From contig CAWEMM010000007.1 of assembly GCA_963810095.1 (NCBI GenBank), forward strand, positions 256,001 through 320,000: a stretch of DNA of 64,000 bases, read 5' to 3'. Of this stretch, positions 10,261 to 22,002 are shown in pieces. Within the stretch, counting starts at the first letter, position 1. Each line of letters opens with the position of its first letter. The notes under the pieces were generated by a model. The model searched no databases and was not told the DNA's origin. It saw only the letters and a list, made by a program, of their open reading frames with translations. A program made the translations under genes and the position numbers. Origin of the DNA: an uncultured Chloroflexia bacterium. Its GTDB lineage: Bacteria; Chloroflexota; Anaerolineae; CG2-30-64-16.

Positions 10261-10578
10261 CGAGGCCGGTCGACGCCGTACCTCGCGCCACGCCGGTCTG
10301 CATCGAAGCGAACGGAGACCGGTGGATCGGCACCTTCTTCGCCGCAGCCCTCTCCCGCCACGGCTTCGGCCGCTCACCCTTCCTTCGTGTTCGTCGACCG
10401 CTGAGTAACCCCGGTTCTCGCACACGGACCTTCGCCGAACGTACGGAAAGTGCTAGAATGAAGTACGCACCGCACTGCAGCTCCGCGCTAACACACTTCA
10501 TCGACATCGCCCCATGCGCTGAGAGGCCGACTCATTCGAGGAGGTCGAGCACCATTCACAGCCCGGGAGGGGACCGCG

Positions 10579-13500
10579 ATGGGACTAATGAGTCATCATC
10601 CTGCCGAGACCGTGTTGTGCCGGTGGCGCACGGGAATCCTAAATGGTTTTCTGATTATTGCCGCGGTGATCGCAACAGTCATGACCGTTGCGACGGCGAT
10701 GGATGCACGGTCGAGCCCCGAGTTATGGCGGGCGGTCGTCGTCTATCTGGTCCTGGCCGCGGCGTTGGCGGTGTTGGCCGTCTTGCGACAAGTCGCCTAT
10801 CCCATCCGCGCGTGGGGCCTCTTGATCGTGTGCGAGGCCGCAGGTTTGGCCGCACTGGCAACTTTTGGTCTCGGCAGTGCCGGACGGCTTTATCTGCTGG
10901 CAGTCCCCATTCTCGCGCTGATTCTGATCGGCGAGCGCCCGGGCATGATTACGTCGGCGCTCAGCGTGCTTATCCTGGTGTCATTCGACGATCATGGCCG
11001 GCACCGGTGCGCTGAGCCTGTTCCTGGTGCGGTGATCGCAACTCCCTTCTGGTGGCCGATTGGCTCGCCGAGTTCTCCGATACCCTTGGCATCCTGGGCG
11101 CCGTAATGGTGCTGCTCGTGCTCTTCTACCGTTTCCAGCAACGCATGATCGGCAGCGAGCGAGCCGCGCAGACAGAACTCGCCGACGCCCACAGACTGCT
11201 GGAAGAGCAAAACGTGATGCTGGAGCAGCAGGTACAGCAACATCTTGCGGAATTGCTGGTGATCAACGACGTCCAAAAGGCGCTTGCCTCGAAGCTGGAC
11301 GTCGACGCGATCTATGAGCTGATCGGAGAGAAGGTCCAGGAAGTCTTCAAAGTGGACGTCGTCGATATCGCCTCCTTCGATTCCGTTGCTAACTTGATCT
11401 CCATGCCCTACTCTTACGAAAAAGGCGACCGGAGTGTCATAACGTCCCGGCCTCCGTACGGTTTTCGGCTTGAAGTCATCAACACGCGCGAGCCTCTTCT
11501 GATCAACCGCGATTTCGACACGCTGGCCTTGCAGCATGGCAACCCAACCCTCAGCGGCGCGTCTCCCAAATCAGCATTGTTTGTGCCCCTGCTGGTCGAT
11601 GGCCAGGTTAAGTACATCCTCTCCATTCAGGATCTGGAAAGAGAGAACGCGTTTGGGGAGTCTGACGTTCGCACCTTGCAGACACTTGCCGTCACGATGA
11701 GCATCGCGCTGGAAAATGCGCGTCTGTTTACCCAGCTGGAACGCGAGAAAAAGCTGTCTGAAACGCTCATCCAGACCAGCCCTGTGGCCATCGTGACGCT
11801 CGACAAGGACAACAAGGTCACCACGTGGAATCCGACGGCAGAGAAGCTATTCGGCTACACCCAGACGGAGGCGCTGAGCAACAGCTTCGTCGAACTGGTG
11901 ACCCAGGGAGAGATGCGCGCAGAAGCGCTGGACGTTGCCCGCCGGATGTCACAAGGTGAGTCAGTCCACATGCTCACGCGCCGCGTGACGAAGGACTGGT
12001 CGAGAGGTCGACGTCGAGTTGTTCGCCGTCCCAGTCTTCCTGGAAGAGGACCGCGTGGGCACGTTTGCCATGTATCACGACATCACCGAGCTGATGCGGG
12101 CAAAGGCGGCCATCCAGGAGTCGGAGCGCCGGCTGGCGGACATTATCGACTTTCTGCCCGATGCGACGCTGGTGATCGACGCTGAAGGCAAGGTGATCGC
12201 CTGGAACCGTGCGATAGAGGAATTGACCGGTGTTCCTGCTCAGGAGATGGTCGGCAAGGGCAATTACGAATACGCACTTCCCTTCTTCGGCGAGCGCCGG
12301 CCGATCCTGATCGACCTCGTGCGCCTACCCCGCGATGAAATCGAGCAGAATACCTCGCGCCTGCAGTGGGTCGGGAACACGCTCACGGAGGAGTTCGATA
12401 CCCCCGCCTTAAACGATGGCGGGCGTTACCTGTACGCCACGGCCTCACAGCTCCGTACCGCGGAGGGGTATGGCGGCGCGATCGAGACGATCCGCGACAT
12501 CACGGAGCGCAGGCGTGTCGAAGACGCGCTGCGCGAGTCGAACGAAAAGCTGCGCCTGATATTCGAGAATGCGTTCGATGGGATCAGTATCTACGAAGAG
12601 ATGCCGGGCGAAGACAGGCGCGCCCTGGTGGACTGCAACGAACGATATTGCGAGATCGCGGGGCGGAGCAAGGCGGAACTGCTGGCTATCGGCGACACCC
12701 GCGTTATCCAGTGCAGCATCGAGAATGCGCCGGACGAAGTGGATGAGGCGTCCGTGCTGGCCCAGCACGCTTTCTCGGGGCTCTTCTCGTGGATCAGGCC
12801 CGACGGCAAAGACAACGTCGTCGAGTACAACGCCGCGCCGATTCGTGTGGGCGACCGGTACTACACGATCGGCCTGGATCGCGACGTCACAGAGCGCAGG
12901 CGCGTCCAAGACGCGCTGCGCGAGTCGAACGAAAAGCTGCGGCTGATATTCGAGAATGCTTTCGACGGGATCGATATCTATGAGGACCTGCCGGACGTGG
13001 TAGGAAAGCGGATCCTGGTCGACTGCAATGAGCGCTATTGCGAGATGGCCGGACGCAGCAGAGAAGAGCTCATGTCTGCCGAAAACACGACCGTCTTTCA
13101 ACAGCTTGTAACAGACGACTGGGCGACAACCAATCGCGCCTTGGTCCAGAAAGGAGAGGCCTTTCAGGGGCTCTTCTCCTGGATTCGGCCCGACGGGAAA
13201 GAGAACATCATCGAGTATCACGCTGCGGCAACCCGGCTCGGGGACCGGTTCTTCACCATCGGTCTGGACCGCGACATCACCGATCGGATTCACGCCGAAG
13301 CAGAATTGGAGAGCCGCGCGGCGATTGCCGAGCAGGCTAACCAGGCCAAGAGCGCCTTCCTGGCGAACATGAGTCACGAGCTCCGCACGCCGCTCAACGC
13401 CATCATCGGGTTCACCCGCATCGTCCGGCGCAAAGGGGAGGGTGTGCTGCCGGAGAAGCAGATTGAAAACCTCGACAAGGTGCTCGTTAGCTCGGAACAC

Positions 13501-14910
13501 CTGCTTAACCTCATCAACACGGTGCTCGACATAGCGAAGATCGAAGCCGGGCGCATGGACGTGCTGGCGGCCAACTTCAGGCTTGCGAGCCTGATCGATC
13601 TCTGCGCCAATACGGCCCAGCCACTGCTGAAGCCTGCCGTCGTCCTCGAAAAGCAGGTGGACCAAGGCCTGACGTATGTCTACTCGGACCAGGACAAGAT
13701 TCGGCAGATCGTCCTGAACTTGCTCAGCAATGCGGCCAAGTTCACTCATGAGGGAAGAATCGTCCTTGACGCAAGACAGGACGGCGATAACCTGCGCATC
13801 GCGGTCAGGGATACGGGGATCGGCATCAGCGCCGAGGCCCTGCCGCGCATCTTTAAGGAGTTCCAGCAGGCTGACAACACCACCACCCGCCAGTATGGCG
13901 GGACGGGCCTCGGCCTCTCCATCAGCCGGAACCTCGCGCGCCTACTCGGCGGAGACCTGACGGTCGACAGCGAGGTCGGGAAAGGTTCAACCTTCACCCT
14001 CGTTATCCCGACCCACTTTGAATCCAGGCTGACCGCCTCTGCCGCAGAGTGGGAGCCGGCCACTGCGCAAAAGAATGCCGCCGTTCAGCCGTCCGGTGAT
14101 TCCCTGGGGCGAACTGCTCCTCCAGAAGCACCTGCTTCACCTTCGGAGCCTGGTGCGCCGAGGCCGCGTGTCCTTGTGATCGACGACGACCCGGACGCGG
14201 TCTACTTCGTGCAGGAGAATCTTAACGCACATGAGTTCGAGATCACCGGCGCGCGGAGTGGGCGGGAGGGCATCGAGGCGGCCCGCCGTCAACGGCCGCA
14301 CGCCATCCTGCTGGACATCGTCATGCCGGGAGCAGATGGTTGGCAGGTGCTGAACGACCTGAAGGCCGATCCGGCAACGGCGAGCATTCCGGTCATCTTC
14401 CTGACCATCATCGACAAGAAAGCACTGGGGCTTAAGCTGGGCGCCGCGGACTACTTGCTCAAGCCGCTTGACCCGGTTGCGGTCCGGGGCACGCTGCACC
14501 GTGTCATCCACGACAGCCTGCCCCCTCCAAAACGGGTGCTGGTCGTGGACGACGATCCCAACAGTGCGGACTTGCTCCGCCAGTTCCTGCCGGAGTCCGA
14601 TTTCATCCTGGAGACCGCCATGGATGGGGTGGCTGGATTGAAGGCGATCGAGCAAAACTGTCCCGACATTCTGCTGCTGGACCTCATCATGCCCCGCCTC
14701 GACGGGTTCGGCGTCATTGAGCGCCTACGCGCAGATCCCCGGACGCAGGGCCTGCCTATCGTCGTGATCAGTGCGAAGGATTTGACGGAGTCCGAGGCCG
14801 TCCGGCTGAAGGAAACAGTGAAGGTCGTCATGCGGAAACAGGGTTTCGAAGGGGAAAAGCTGGTCCAAGAAATCAAGAGCGCGTTGAACCAAGAGAGGAT
14901 CGCGTCATGA
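10579..14910 (+). CDS. Hybrid sensor histidine kinase (multi-TM, GAF, several PAS, HisKA, HATPase, 2x REC). Frameshifts near 10990-11050 and 12000.
   Basis: ORFs 10579..11106 (TM helices), 11052..12185 (GAF, PAS) and 12019..14910 (PAS, AKSAFLANMSHELRTPLN, NLLSNAAKFT, DTGIGI, GGTGLGL, two LLD.MP receiver domains) join end to end. Confidence 0.85.
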
Positions 14911-15272
14911 AATCCATCTTGATCGTCGAGGACATCGAGCTCAACATCGACCTGCTGACCCAGATTCTTGAGGACGATTACCGCATTGTGGTGGCGCGGG
15001 ACGGCGCACAAGGCGTGGCTATGGCAGAGCGGGAACGTCCGGACCTGGTGCTGATGGATATTTCGCTTCCCGTTATGGATGGCTACGAGGCGACCGGCCA
15101 TATCCGCAAGGCACTCCCGACGTTGCCCATCATCGGCTTATCCGCGCATGCGATGCAGGGCGACGACGAAAGGGCCCGGGCAGCGGGGTGCACCGATTAC
15201 CTGACCAAGCCGGTGGACGAGGATAAGTTGATCGAGACCCTGAAGCGGTATCTGGGGGAGAGCCATGACTAG
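14907..15272 (+). CDS. Single-domain response regulator (DivK/CheY-like)
   Basis: ILIVEDIELN, DLVLMDISLPVMDG, YLTKPVD; ATGA overlap with the kinase. Confidence 0.92.
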   Translation: MKSILIVEDIELNIDLLTQILEDDYRIVVARDGAQGVAMAERERPDLVLMDISLPVMDGYEATGHIRKALPTLPIIGLSAHAMQGDDERARAAGCTDYLTKPVDEDKLIETLKRYLGESHD

Positions 15273-16430
15273 CTCGCGGATCCTGATTGTCGACGATGAG
15301 CCATTCAACGTGGATTACCTCGAGCAGGAACTCGCCGACCTGGGCTACGAGACGATTGCGGCCGAGAACGGAGCGGCTGCCCTCGACAGAGTGCGCTCCG
15401 AAGCCCCCGACTTGATTCTCCTCGACATAATGATGCCAGTGATGGACGGTTTCGAGGTCCTCGCGCGCCTCAAGGCTGTGCCCGCGACACGTGACATTCC
15501 GGTCATCGTTATCTCGGCGGCCAGCGACTTGAATAGCACGGTCAAGGGAATCCAGTTGGGCGCGGAAGACTATCTGCCCAAGCCGTTCGAACCTACCTTG
15601 CTGCATGCCCGCATCACATCCAGCCTGGAAAAGAAGCGTCTGCGCGATCTCGAGCAACTCTACCTCAAGGGCATGGAGCGTGAACTCGAAATCGGTCGGG
15701 AGATTCAGAAGGGGTTCTTGCCAGCCGAATTGCCTCAAGTCGACGGGTGGGAAATCGCGGTGTACTTCGCCGCTGCGCGCGAAGTCGCGGGTGACTTCTA
15801 CGACGCGTTCCGCCTGGGACCCGAGCAGCAAATCTGTCTCGTGGTTGCCGACGTCTGCGATAAGGGGGTCGGCGCGGCCCTGTTCATGACCCTGTTTCGT
15901 AGTTTGCTGCGCTTCACCATGGGCGCGGCCGAGCTCTTCGGCGTGTCGTCCCCCGTGGAAAAACTCGAGCGCGCCGTTGCCTTGACGAATCGACTACATT
16001 GCCAATACCCACGGCCACACGAGCATGTTCGCCACGGTCTTCATCGGGCTGCTCGATCCGAAGGACGGCAAACTAACGTATATCAATGCCGGGCACGAAC
16101 CTCCCGTGGTCATGGGCTCAGGGGAGATGCCCGTCAGGCTGCACGCGTACGGGCCCCGCGGTCGGGCTCTTCCCAGAGGCCGCATTCGGGCTGCAGGAAA
16201 CATGGCTGCGCCCCGGCGATCTATTCTTCGCCTACACGGATGGTGCTACCGATGCGCTCGACCCCCAGGGCGAATGCTTCGGTGAAGAACGCCTGGTCTC
16301 GTTGCTGAACAACGAGGTCAGCGCGGATGCTTTCTTGGGCGGCATCGCTGATGAGCTCAATGGTCACATTGGGGCCGCCAGGCAGTATGACGATGTGACG
16401 ATGCTTGCCGTTCGCAGGCTGGTGAGTTGA
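15265..16430 (+). CDS. REC + SpoIIE/PP2C phosphatase (RsbU-like). Frameshifts near 15990 and 16150.
   Basis: ILIVDDEPFN...IQKGFLP...AREVAGDFYD...VADVCDKGVGAAL; then MFATVF...YINAGHEPP; then YTDGATDA...FGEERL...DDVTML across three frames. Confidence 0.88.
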
Positions 16431-16495
16431 GCGGGCAAGCCAACCTGGTCGCGGTCGCAGGGCGCTGTGGCGAGGAGAGGTGCGGTCGACTGGCC

Positions 16496-16533
16496 GAAAA
16501 GAAAACGGCTAACTGATTTCTGTCAGTTAGCCG
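16496..16533 (-). terminator. Intrinsic terminator downstream of tRNA-Gln
   Basis: Stem CGGCTAACTGA/TCAGTTAGCCG followed by TTTTCTTTT on the minus strand. Confidence 0.85.
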
Positions 16534-16540
16534 CCGCAGG

Positions 16541-16610
16541 CTCGGGGACAGGGATTCGAACCCCAAATTTCTGATCCAGAGTCAGATGTTTTACCATTAA
16601 CTATCCCCGA
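16541..16610 (-). tRNA. tRNA-Gln (CTG)
   Basis: Minus strand reads TCGGGGA-TA-GTTAATGGTAAAAC-A-TCTGA-CT CTG GA-TCAGA-AATT-TGGGG TTCGAAT CCCTG-TCCCCGA-G. CCA is not encoded. The D-stem appears one T short (possible homopolymer error). Confidence 0.93.
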
Positions 16611-16677
16611 CCGATGGGTGCATATTACCACACAGCCCTGCTGGCAACAAATTCGCGCCCGACGCTCCTTGCGTCGC

Positions 16678-17250
16678 TTATCCCTCGAACGACACCCGGA
16701 ACGTCACAAACGAGTAGCTTTGGCTGGCGAGCAGCGCCGCGTGCGCATGCAGCGGGTTGTTCCCCTCACGCAGCCACGGCGGATAGAAGATGCGCGCCAA
16801 CACCCGGTCCGGCTCCCGGTTGGCGGTTTCTTCCTCGATCTCCCGGGTCCACTCGCACAAGAACAGAGGCTTGAGCCCGCCGCGCAGCTCGGGCAGACTG
16901 CCCTTTTCATGGGGCCAGAAGCCCGCGTCCGGCACCTCGCCGTGCTGGTGCAGCACGGTCGTGTGGGGCATCAGGGCATCCAGCTCGTCCGTGCTCGGCA
17001 GGCGGCACGCTCGGCCCGACCGGCGACAGACCCATTCGCAGTAGGCCGCGGCGTCGACCTGTGTCACGCCCACCACCGGCTCGGGTGCGCCCGGCGCATT
17101 GCCCGGCGACCGCTTCACCCCGGGCGGCACATCGCGACCGGACTCTTCGAGGAATGCCTGAAACTCGGTCCAGGTCACCGGGCGCGCGGACACGTGGACC
17201 GTGTGGTAACCGGCGGTGACTTCGATGAAGCCGCCCGAACCGTCACTCAT
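16678..17250 (-). CDS. Short FGE-sulfatase (SUMF1)-like domain protein
   Basis: PVTWTEFQAFL, EPVVGVTQVDAAAYCEW...RLPSTDE, LCEWT, C-terminal TFRV. Confidence 0.7.
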   Translation of the reverse strand: MSDGSGGFIEVTAGYHTVHVSARPVTWTEFQAFLEESGRDVPPGVKRSPGNAPGAPEPVVGVTQVDAAAYCEWVCRRSGRACRLPSTDELDALMPHTTVLHQHGEVPDAGFWPHEKGSLPELRGGLKPLFLCEWTREIEEETANREPDRVLARIFYPPWLREGNNPLHAHAALLASQSYSFVTFRVSFEG

Positions 17251-17278
17251 TCGACTGCTCCCGCGCCCGCCCCAGCGC

Positions 17279-18072
17279 TCACTGGGGACGGAAAGACTGT
17301 GCGCTCGTCTCGAACACACCCGCCAGGGCGCCCTCGGCGCCCGGCGTGGTGGCGAAGCTCAAGATCCACAAGTCCGTTTCTGTTGCCAGGATGATTTGCC
17401 GCCCGCGCACTTCGAACGGCTGGCCACCCTGGCTGTTGATGCTCAGCGTGTACGTCACCCGAGCCGCCGGCCACCCATTAACGCGCAGCGCGGCGTCGGA
17501 CGACGTTACCGTCAGTCCCATTTTCTCGTATTCCGGGAGCAGGACGTCGATGACTTCCTGCATGTCCGTCACGCCGTTTGCCCCGAGTGGTGAGCGGCGA
17601 ATGTTGAGATTGTCGACAAATTCCCCTCCGGCAGGCCCAAACGCCCAGAACGCCGCCCCGGTCAGCGCATCCGGCCCGCCGATGATGCCGGCGAGTTGCG
17701 GATCGTTTTTCTGCAGTCCCTGGAAAGCGGCCTGCGCGTCCGTTCCGCTCAGGTCGATTACCCGCCAGCCCGGCGGTATCGCGATGGACAGCTGGTCGGT
17801 CGCCTCCCGCTGCCAGCCGGACGGCAGCCGGCCTGTATCATTTTCAGGTGTGGAGGTCGCGACGACTGCCTCGGTCGGTTGAGCGGCAGCCGTCGCGGAC
17901 GCGGGCAGGGGTATCGGTGGCCGCGACGGTGGGCAAAGGCGTGGCGGTGGGCGGGGGTATGGTCGCGCGCCGGCTGCGGCGCGGGCGCAGGCCGGCACCC
18001 GCCTAGCGCCACGCCGGACACCAGGAGCGCCGACGCCAACGCAAACGCCAAGCCTCGGGAGCGTGCCGTCAT
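17279..18072 (-). CDS. Lipoprotein with PT linker and PsbP/DcrB-like domain. Frameshift near 17960.
   Basis: Lipobox ALGGC in ORF 17758..18072; LSIAIPPGWRVI...LWILSFAT...FETSAQSFRP in ORF 17279..18130. Overlaps the rodA stop. Confidence 0.65.
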
Positions 18073-19172
18073 GTGTCGAACCCGATCTTTTTATGCCGGA
18101 TCGCCACGCTTTCGACCAAGCCGATCGCAATCAGCATCGTCCACAGCGAGCTGCCGCCGTAACTGATGAAGGGGAGTGGGATGCCCGTCACCGGCATGAT
18201 CGACAGGTTCATGCCGATGTTGATCAGCACCTGGAAGAACAGCATCGCGGTCACGCCGGTCACGATCAACATGCCGAACGTATCCCGTGCCTGGCTGGCA
18301 ATGTGGACCAGGCGCAGCATGAGCAACGTGAGGAGGAGTATCAGCACGACCGCGCCGATGAAGCCCAGTTCTTCCGCCGTCACGGTGAAGATGAAGTCCG
18401 TGTGGCGCACGCGCAGGAAGTGCAGCTGGCTCTGTGAGCCGCGGAACAGCCCGCGCCCCAGCCAGCCGCCCGAACCGATGCCGATCATGGCCTGGTTCAC
18501 GTTGTACAGATCCTCGGCTTTGGCGGTCGTCGGATTGACCAGCATGAGGATGCGGTCCTTCATATAGTCCTTCAGCAGGTAACGCCAGGCGAGGACGCCC
18601 GCGGCTGCGGCCACGGCTGCGAAGAAGGCGGCATGGCGCCAGCGAAGGCCCGCGACCAGGATCATGATCGCACCAATGGCTACGACGACCAGCGCGGTGC
18701 CCAGGTTTGGCTGCCAGAAGATCAGGGCGACCGCGGGCATGATGATCCCAAACGCCAGGATCGGGGTGAAGATGCTCTCCATCTTCTCCTCGCGGGAGGA
18801 GAGGAAATGTGCGAGTGCGAGGATCAGTGCGATCTTGGTCAACTCGGACGGCTGCAGAAAGAACTCGCCCACGGTCAACCAGCGCTGCGCGCCGCCGGCC
18901 ACCGTCCCGATCACCTTAATGACGACCAGCGCGGCCAGGAAGAACAGGTAGATGGGATAGGCCAGGGTCGTCAGCAGCCGGTAGTCGAGCGCGGCAGCCA
19001 CGAACATCAGCACGATCCCGACGCCCAGGAAGAGCGCCTGGCGCCACGGGTAATCCTTGTAGATCTCGTTGCCCGATAGCGCGCTGGCAACCATGACAAT
19101 GCCAAAGACCCCCAACACCAGCGCAAGGGCGAGCAGCGTCCAGTCAAAGCGGCGAGCGACGGCAGTTCTCAC
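18069..19172 (-). CDS. rodA: Rod shape-determining protein RodA (SEDS family)
   Basis: GAQRWL, LQPSELTK, QPNLGT, HTDFIF...EELGF, PVTGIPLPFISYGGSS; downstream of mrdA. Confidence 0.95.
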   Translation of the reverse strand: MRTAVARRFDWTLLALALVLGVFGIVMVASALSGNEIYKDYPWRQALFLGVGIVLMFVAAALDYRLLTTLAYPIYLFFLAALVVIKVIGTVAGGAQRWLTVGEFFLQPSELTKIALILALAHFLSSREEKMESIFTPILAFGIIMPAVALIFWQPNLGTALVVVAIGAIMILVAGLRWRHAAFFAAVAAAAGVLAWRYLLKDYMKDRILMLVNPTTAKAEDLYNVNQAMIGIGSGGWLGRGLFRGSQSQLHFLRVRHTDFIFTVTAEELGFIGAVVLILLLTLLMLRLVHIASQARDTFGMLIVTGVTAMLFFQVLINIGMNLSIMPVTGIPLPFISYGGSSLWTMLIAIGLVESVAIRHKKIGFDT

Positions 19173-19185
19173 GTCCGAGGTCCTC

Positions 19186-21447
19186 TCATTGCGTTGCAGC
19201 CGGCGTCGCGGTCAGACCGCCATCCGGCGCAACCGCAGTGACCGCGGGCGTCGCCGTCGGCGCGACCTGTTCAGGTTTGGGCAGGTCGGCCGGTGCTTGC
19301 CCCGCCGTTCCCTCCACGACAGTCCCTTGTTCCGCAGCCCCCAGCGCGTCCGCATTCTTGGCCGCAAAGTACGCCAGCAGCACTTCGTTGGCGACCGGCG
19401 CGGCCACGCCCGAGCCCTTCGCCGCCGTTCGCGATGAACACCGTCACCACGATTTCGGGATCGACGTAGGGCGCAAACGATGTGAACCAGGCATGTGTGG
19501 GCAGGTTGTCCTTGTCGTCCCGGTCGGGCTTGCCGTCCTTGTTCCAGTCGCGGAAGAACTCGGCCGTGCCCGTTTTCCCGGCCAGGAGCACGCCCGGCAC
19601 CTTGACGCGCGTTGCCGTCCCGTATGGGAAGTTGATCGCGCCGTACATGCCCTCACGCACCGCGTCCAAGTTCTTCGGATCGACCGGCACGGTCCGCAGC
19701 ACCTTCGGCTCGAACGGCCGCACCACCTCGCCCTTGTCGTCGGTCAGGTGGTCGACCAACTGCGGCTGGTACAACGTGCCGCGGTTTGCGATCGCCGCCG
19801 TTGCATTCGCCATCTGCAGCGGTGTCGACAGTACGTAGCCCTGCCCGATGCTCATGTTGTACGTGTCGCCCGTCAGCCAGCTCTCCGCGTAGTTCACGCG
19901 CTTCCATTTCGAGGTCGGCACCAGCCCCGACGACTCGCCGAGCAGCTCGATGCCGGTCGGCGCGCCCAGGCCGAACGATTTGGCGTACTCCCCGATGCGT
20001 TTCGAGCCCAGCCCCTGGAAGATGTCGCGGTAGCCGCCGCCGAGTTCGTAGAAGAAAATGTCGTCGGAGACGGAGAGCGCATGCTTCACGTTATTCAGGC
20101 CGTGGCCGTAACCGTACTTGTGCGTCCACGAGTAGAAGGGCTGCGCCAGGGATTGATCCCAGGGCGCAAAGTCGTTGGGGACCCAGATGATGCCGTCGTT
20201 CGCGCCATCCCATCCATCGCCGAGCTTCGTATTGGCGTTGATGACGCCTTCTTGCAGCCCGCCCGATGCCATGATGATTTTGAACGTCGATCCGGGCGGA
20301 TACATACCGGCAATTGTCTGGTCATACATGGGCAGGAGCGGGTCCTTCAGCAGGGCGCTGTAGGCCTCGTCGGTGATGCCTTTGGCAAACAGGTTGTTGT
20401 CGTAGCTGGGCAGGCTGACCAGCGCCAAGACCTTTCCATTGCGCGGGTCGAGCGCGATGACGGAGCCCTGGTTCGCCTTCGTGAAGCCGGACGACCTGTC
20501 GAACGCGGCCTGCAATGCCTTGGTCGCCGCCTCCTGCAGGCGCAAGTCGAGGCTCAGAACAAGGTTGCTGCCGGGGATGGCGGCCTTCGGCTCGCCCACG
20601 GTGCGCACCTTCCGTCCGTTGACGTCGACCTCGATGGTCTGCTGGCTGGGCGTGCCGCGCATCTCGTTCTCAAAACCCAACTCCAGCGCGGTCAGGCCCA
20701 CCTGGTCGTTCTGTGCATACCCGCGCGACTCGTAGTCAGGCAGTTGATCCTCCGGGATGTGACCCATGTAGCCCACGATGTGCGCGGTCAGGCTGCCGGA
20801 AGGGTAGTCGCGAATCGGCTCGAGCACGAGCTGCACGCCGGGCAGGTTGACCGAGTCTTCGGCGATCAGGAAGGCGGTTTCCTCGTTGATGTAGCGGGCC
20901 ATCGTGATGGGGCGATAGGCCCCGCCGAGCCGGCCGTTGGCGATCTTCTCCTCGATTTCCGCGCGGCATGACCCAAGGGTCTCGCTCTTTGATGACGGAC
21001 GCCGGGTTGGGCGTCGGCGCGGGCGTGGCTTTGCCCTTAGCAGGTTTGGGAGTTGGCGACGGAGTCGGGGTGGGCGAGCCGCTCGGCCGAGAGCGGAACG
21101 CCGGTCACCGGCCGCGCAAGGATCGCCAGCAGGCGGTCGAGGACCTCGGCGTCGCCGCTGCCTGCCGGTTCGCCGGGCTCGTCCTCCGGCAGGTCGCCGG
21201 GCACCACTTCGACGGTGAAGCTCGGCCGGTTGCGCGCCAGGATTTCGCCATTGCGGTCGTAGATGACCCCACGTGGCGCGGGCACGTCGACGTCGCGCAG
21301 GCGGTTGGCGTCTGCGAGCAGCCGGTACTTCTCCCCGGTCACCATCTGCAGCTGCCACAGCCGGCCGATCAGGATCGCCGCGAGCGCGACGATCAGCAGG
21401 CGCAGCAACAGCAAACGGGTGAACTTCGGGTCGCGTATACGTTCCAA
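19186..21447 (-). CDS. mrdA: Penicillin-binding protein 2. Frameshifts near 21070-20960 and 19420.
   Basis: RLWQLQ...APRGVIYDRNG, RDYPSG, YPPGSTFK (SxxK), SDD, IGQG, AGKTGTAE, HAWF. Confidence 0.92.
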
Positions 21448-21462
21448 CCAGGCGCTCCTTGG

Positions 21463-21984
21463 TTACGTCGTGGCCTCAGCCCGGCCCCAGCCGCCGAAAC
21501 GCCGCATGAAGCGCACGACGACGATCGTCAAGACCACATTCAGCGCCAGTGACGGCAGGATGATCCGGCTTGTTGCGCCGGCCCAGTCGACCGGCACGCC
21601 GTGCAATTGGCGCAGGAACAGCATGATCCACCCTTCGACGAGCGTGGCGAGTGCGACCAGCAGCACGGGCAGCCAAACGTTGTTCGCATAAATCGAGTGC
21701 CGTCCGATCACAGCCAGAAAGCAGACCGGCATCAATGCCAGCGGCGTCGTCCCGAGCGGCAGCCCCGCCACGACGTCGATCGCCAATCCGGCCACGAAAG
21801 CAAAAACCAATCCCTCGCTGACCCCGTACATCAGGCTCCAGCACACGACAAGCACCAGCAGCAGGTCGGGCTGTGCGCCGAAGAAACGGAGGCGGGGGAG
21901 CAGCGTGGCCTGCACCAGGACGACCAATGCCAGCGCCAGCAAGACGGCGTAGATGCCGCCGCCGCGGAAGGAATGCCGGTTCAT
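21463..21984 (-). CDS. mreD: Rod shape-determining protein MreD
   Basis: Hydrophobic protein with QPDLLLVLVV; lies between mreC and mrdA. Confidence 0.88.
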   Translation of the reverse strand: MNRHSFRGGGIYAVLLALALVVLVQATLLPRLRFFGAQPDLLLVLVVCWSLMYGVSEGLVFAFVAGLAIDVVAGLPLGTTPLALMPVCFLAVIGRHSIYANNVWLPVLLVALATLVEGWIMLFLRQLHGVPVDWAGATSRIILPSLALNVVLTIVVVRFMRRFGGWGRAEATT

Positions 21985-22002
21985 GCGTCGTGCCCCACTG
22001 GC

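Noticed and set aside
10261-10578. ncRNA or riboswitch upstream of the hybrid kinase
   Set aside because: No recognisable consensus or convincing long stems by eye; an Rfam scan would be needed.
16678-17250. FGE/CLec-fold protein as a DGR target or active formylglycine-generating enzyme
   Set aside because: No template repeat or RT was found, and the catalytic Cys motif of true FGE is absent.
19238-20971. Long antisense ORFs (e.g. 19238..20971, 24252..25805, 43253..44989, 12445..13749)
   Set aside because: Shadow ORFs opposite well-supported genes, expected at high GC; they contain no protein motifs.
19186-21447. mrdA and fabF as true pseudogenes or programmed frameshifts
   Set aside because: Catalytic motifs are intact, no slippery-site pattern is evident, and indels are scattered window-wide, so sequencing error is more parsimonious.
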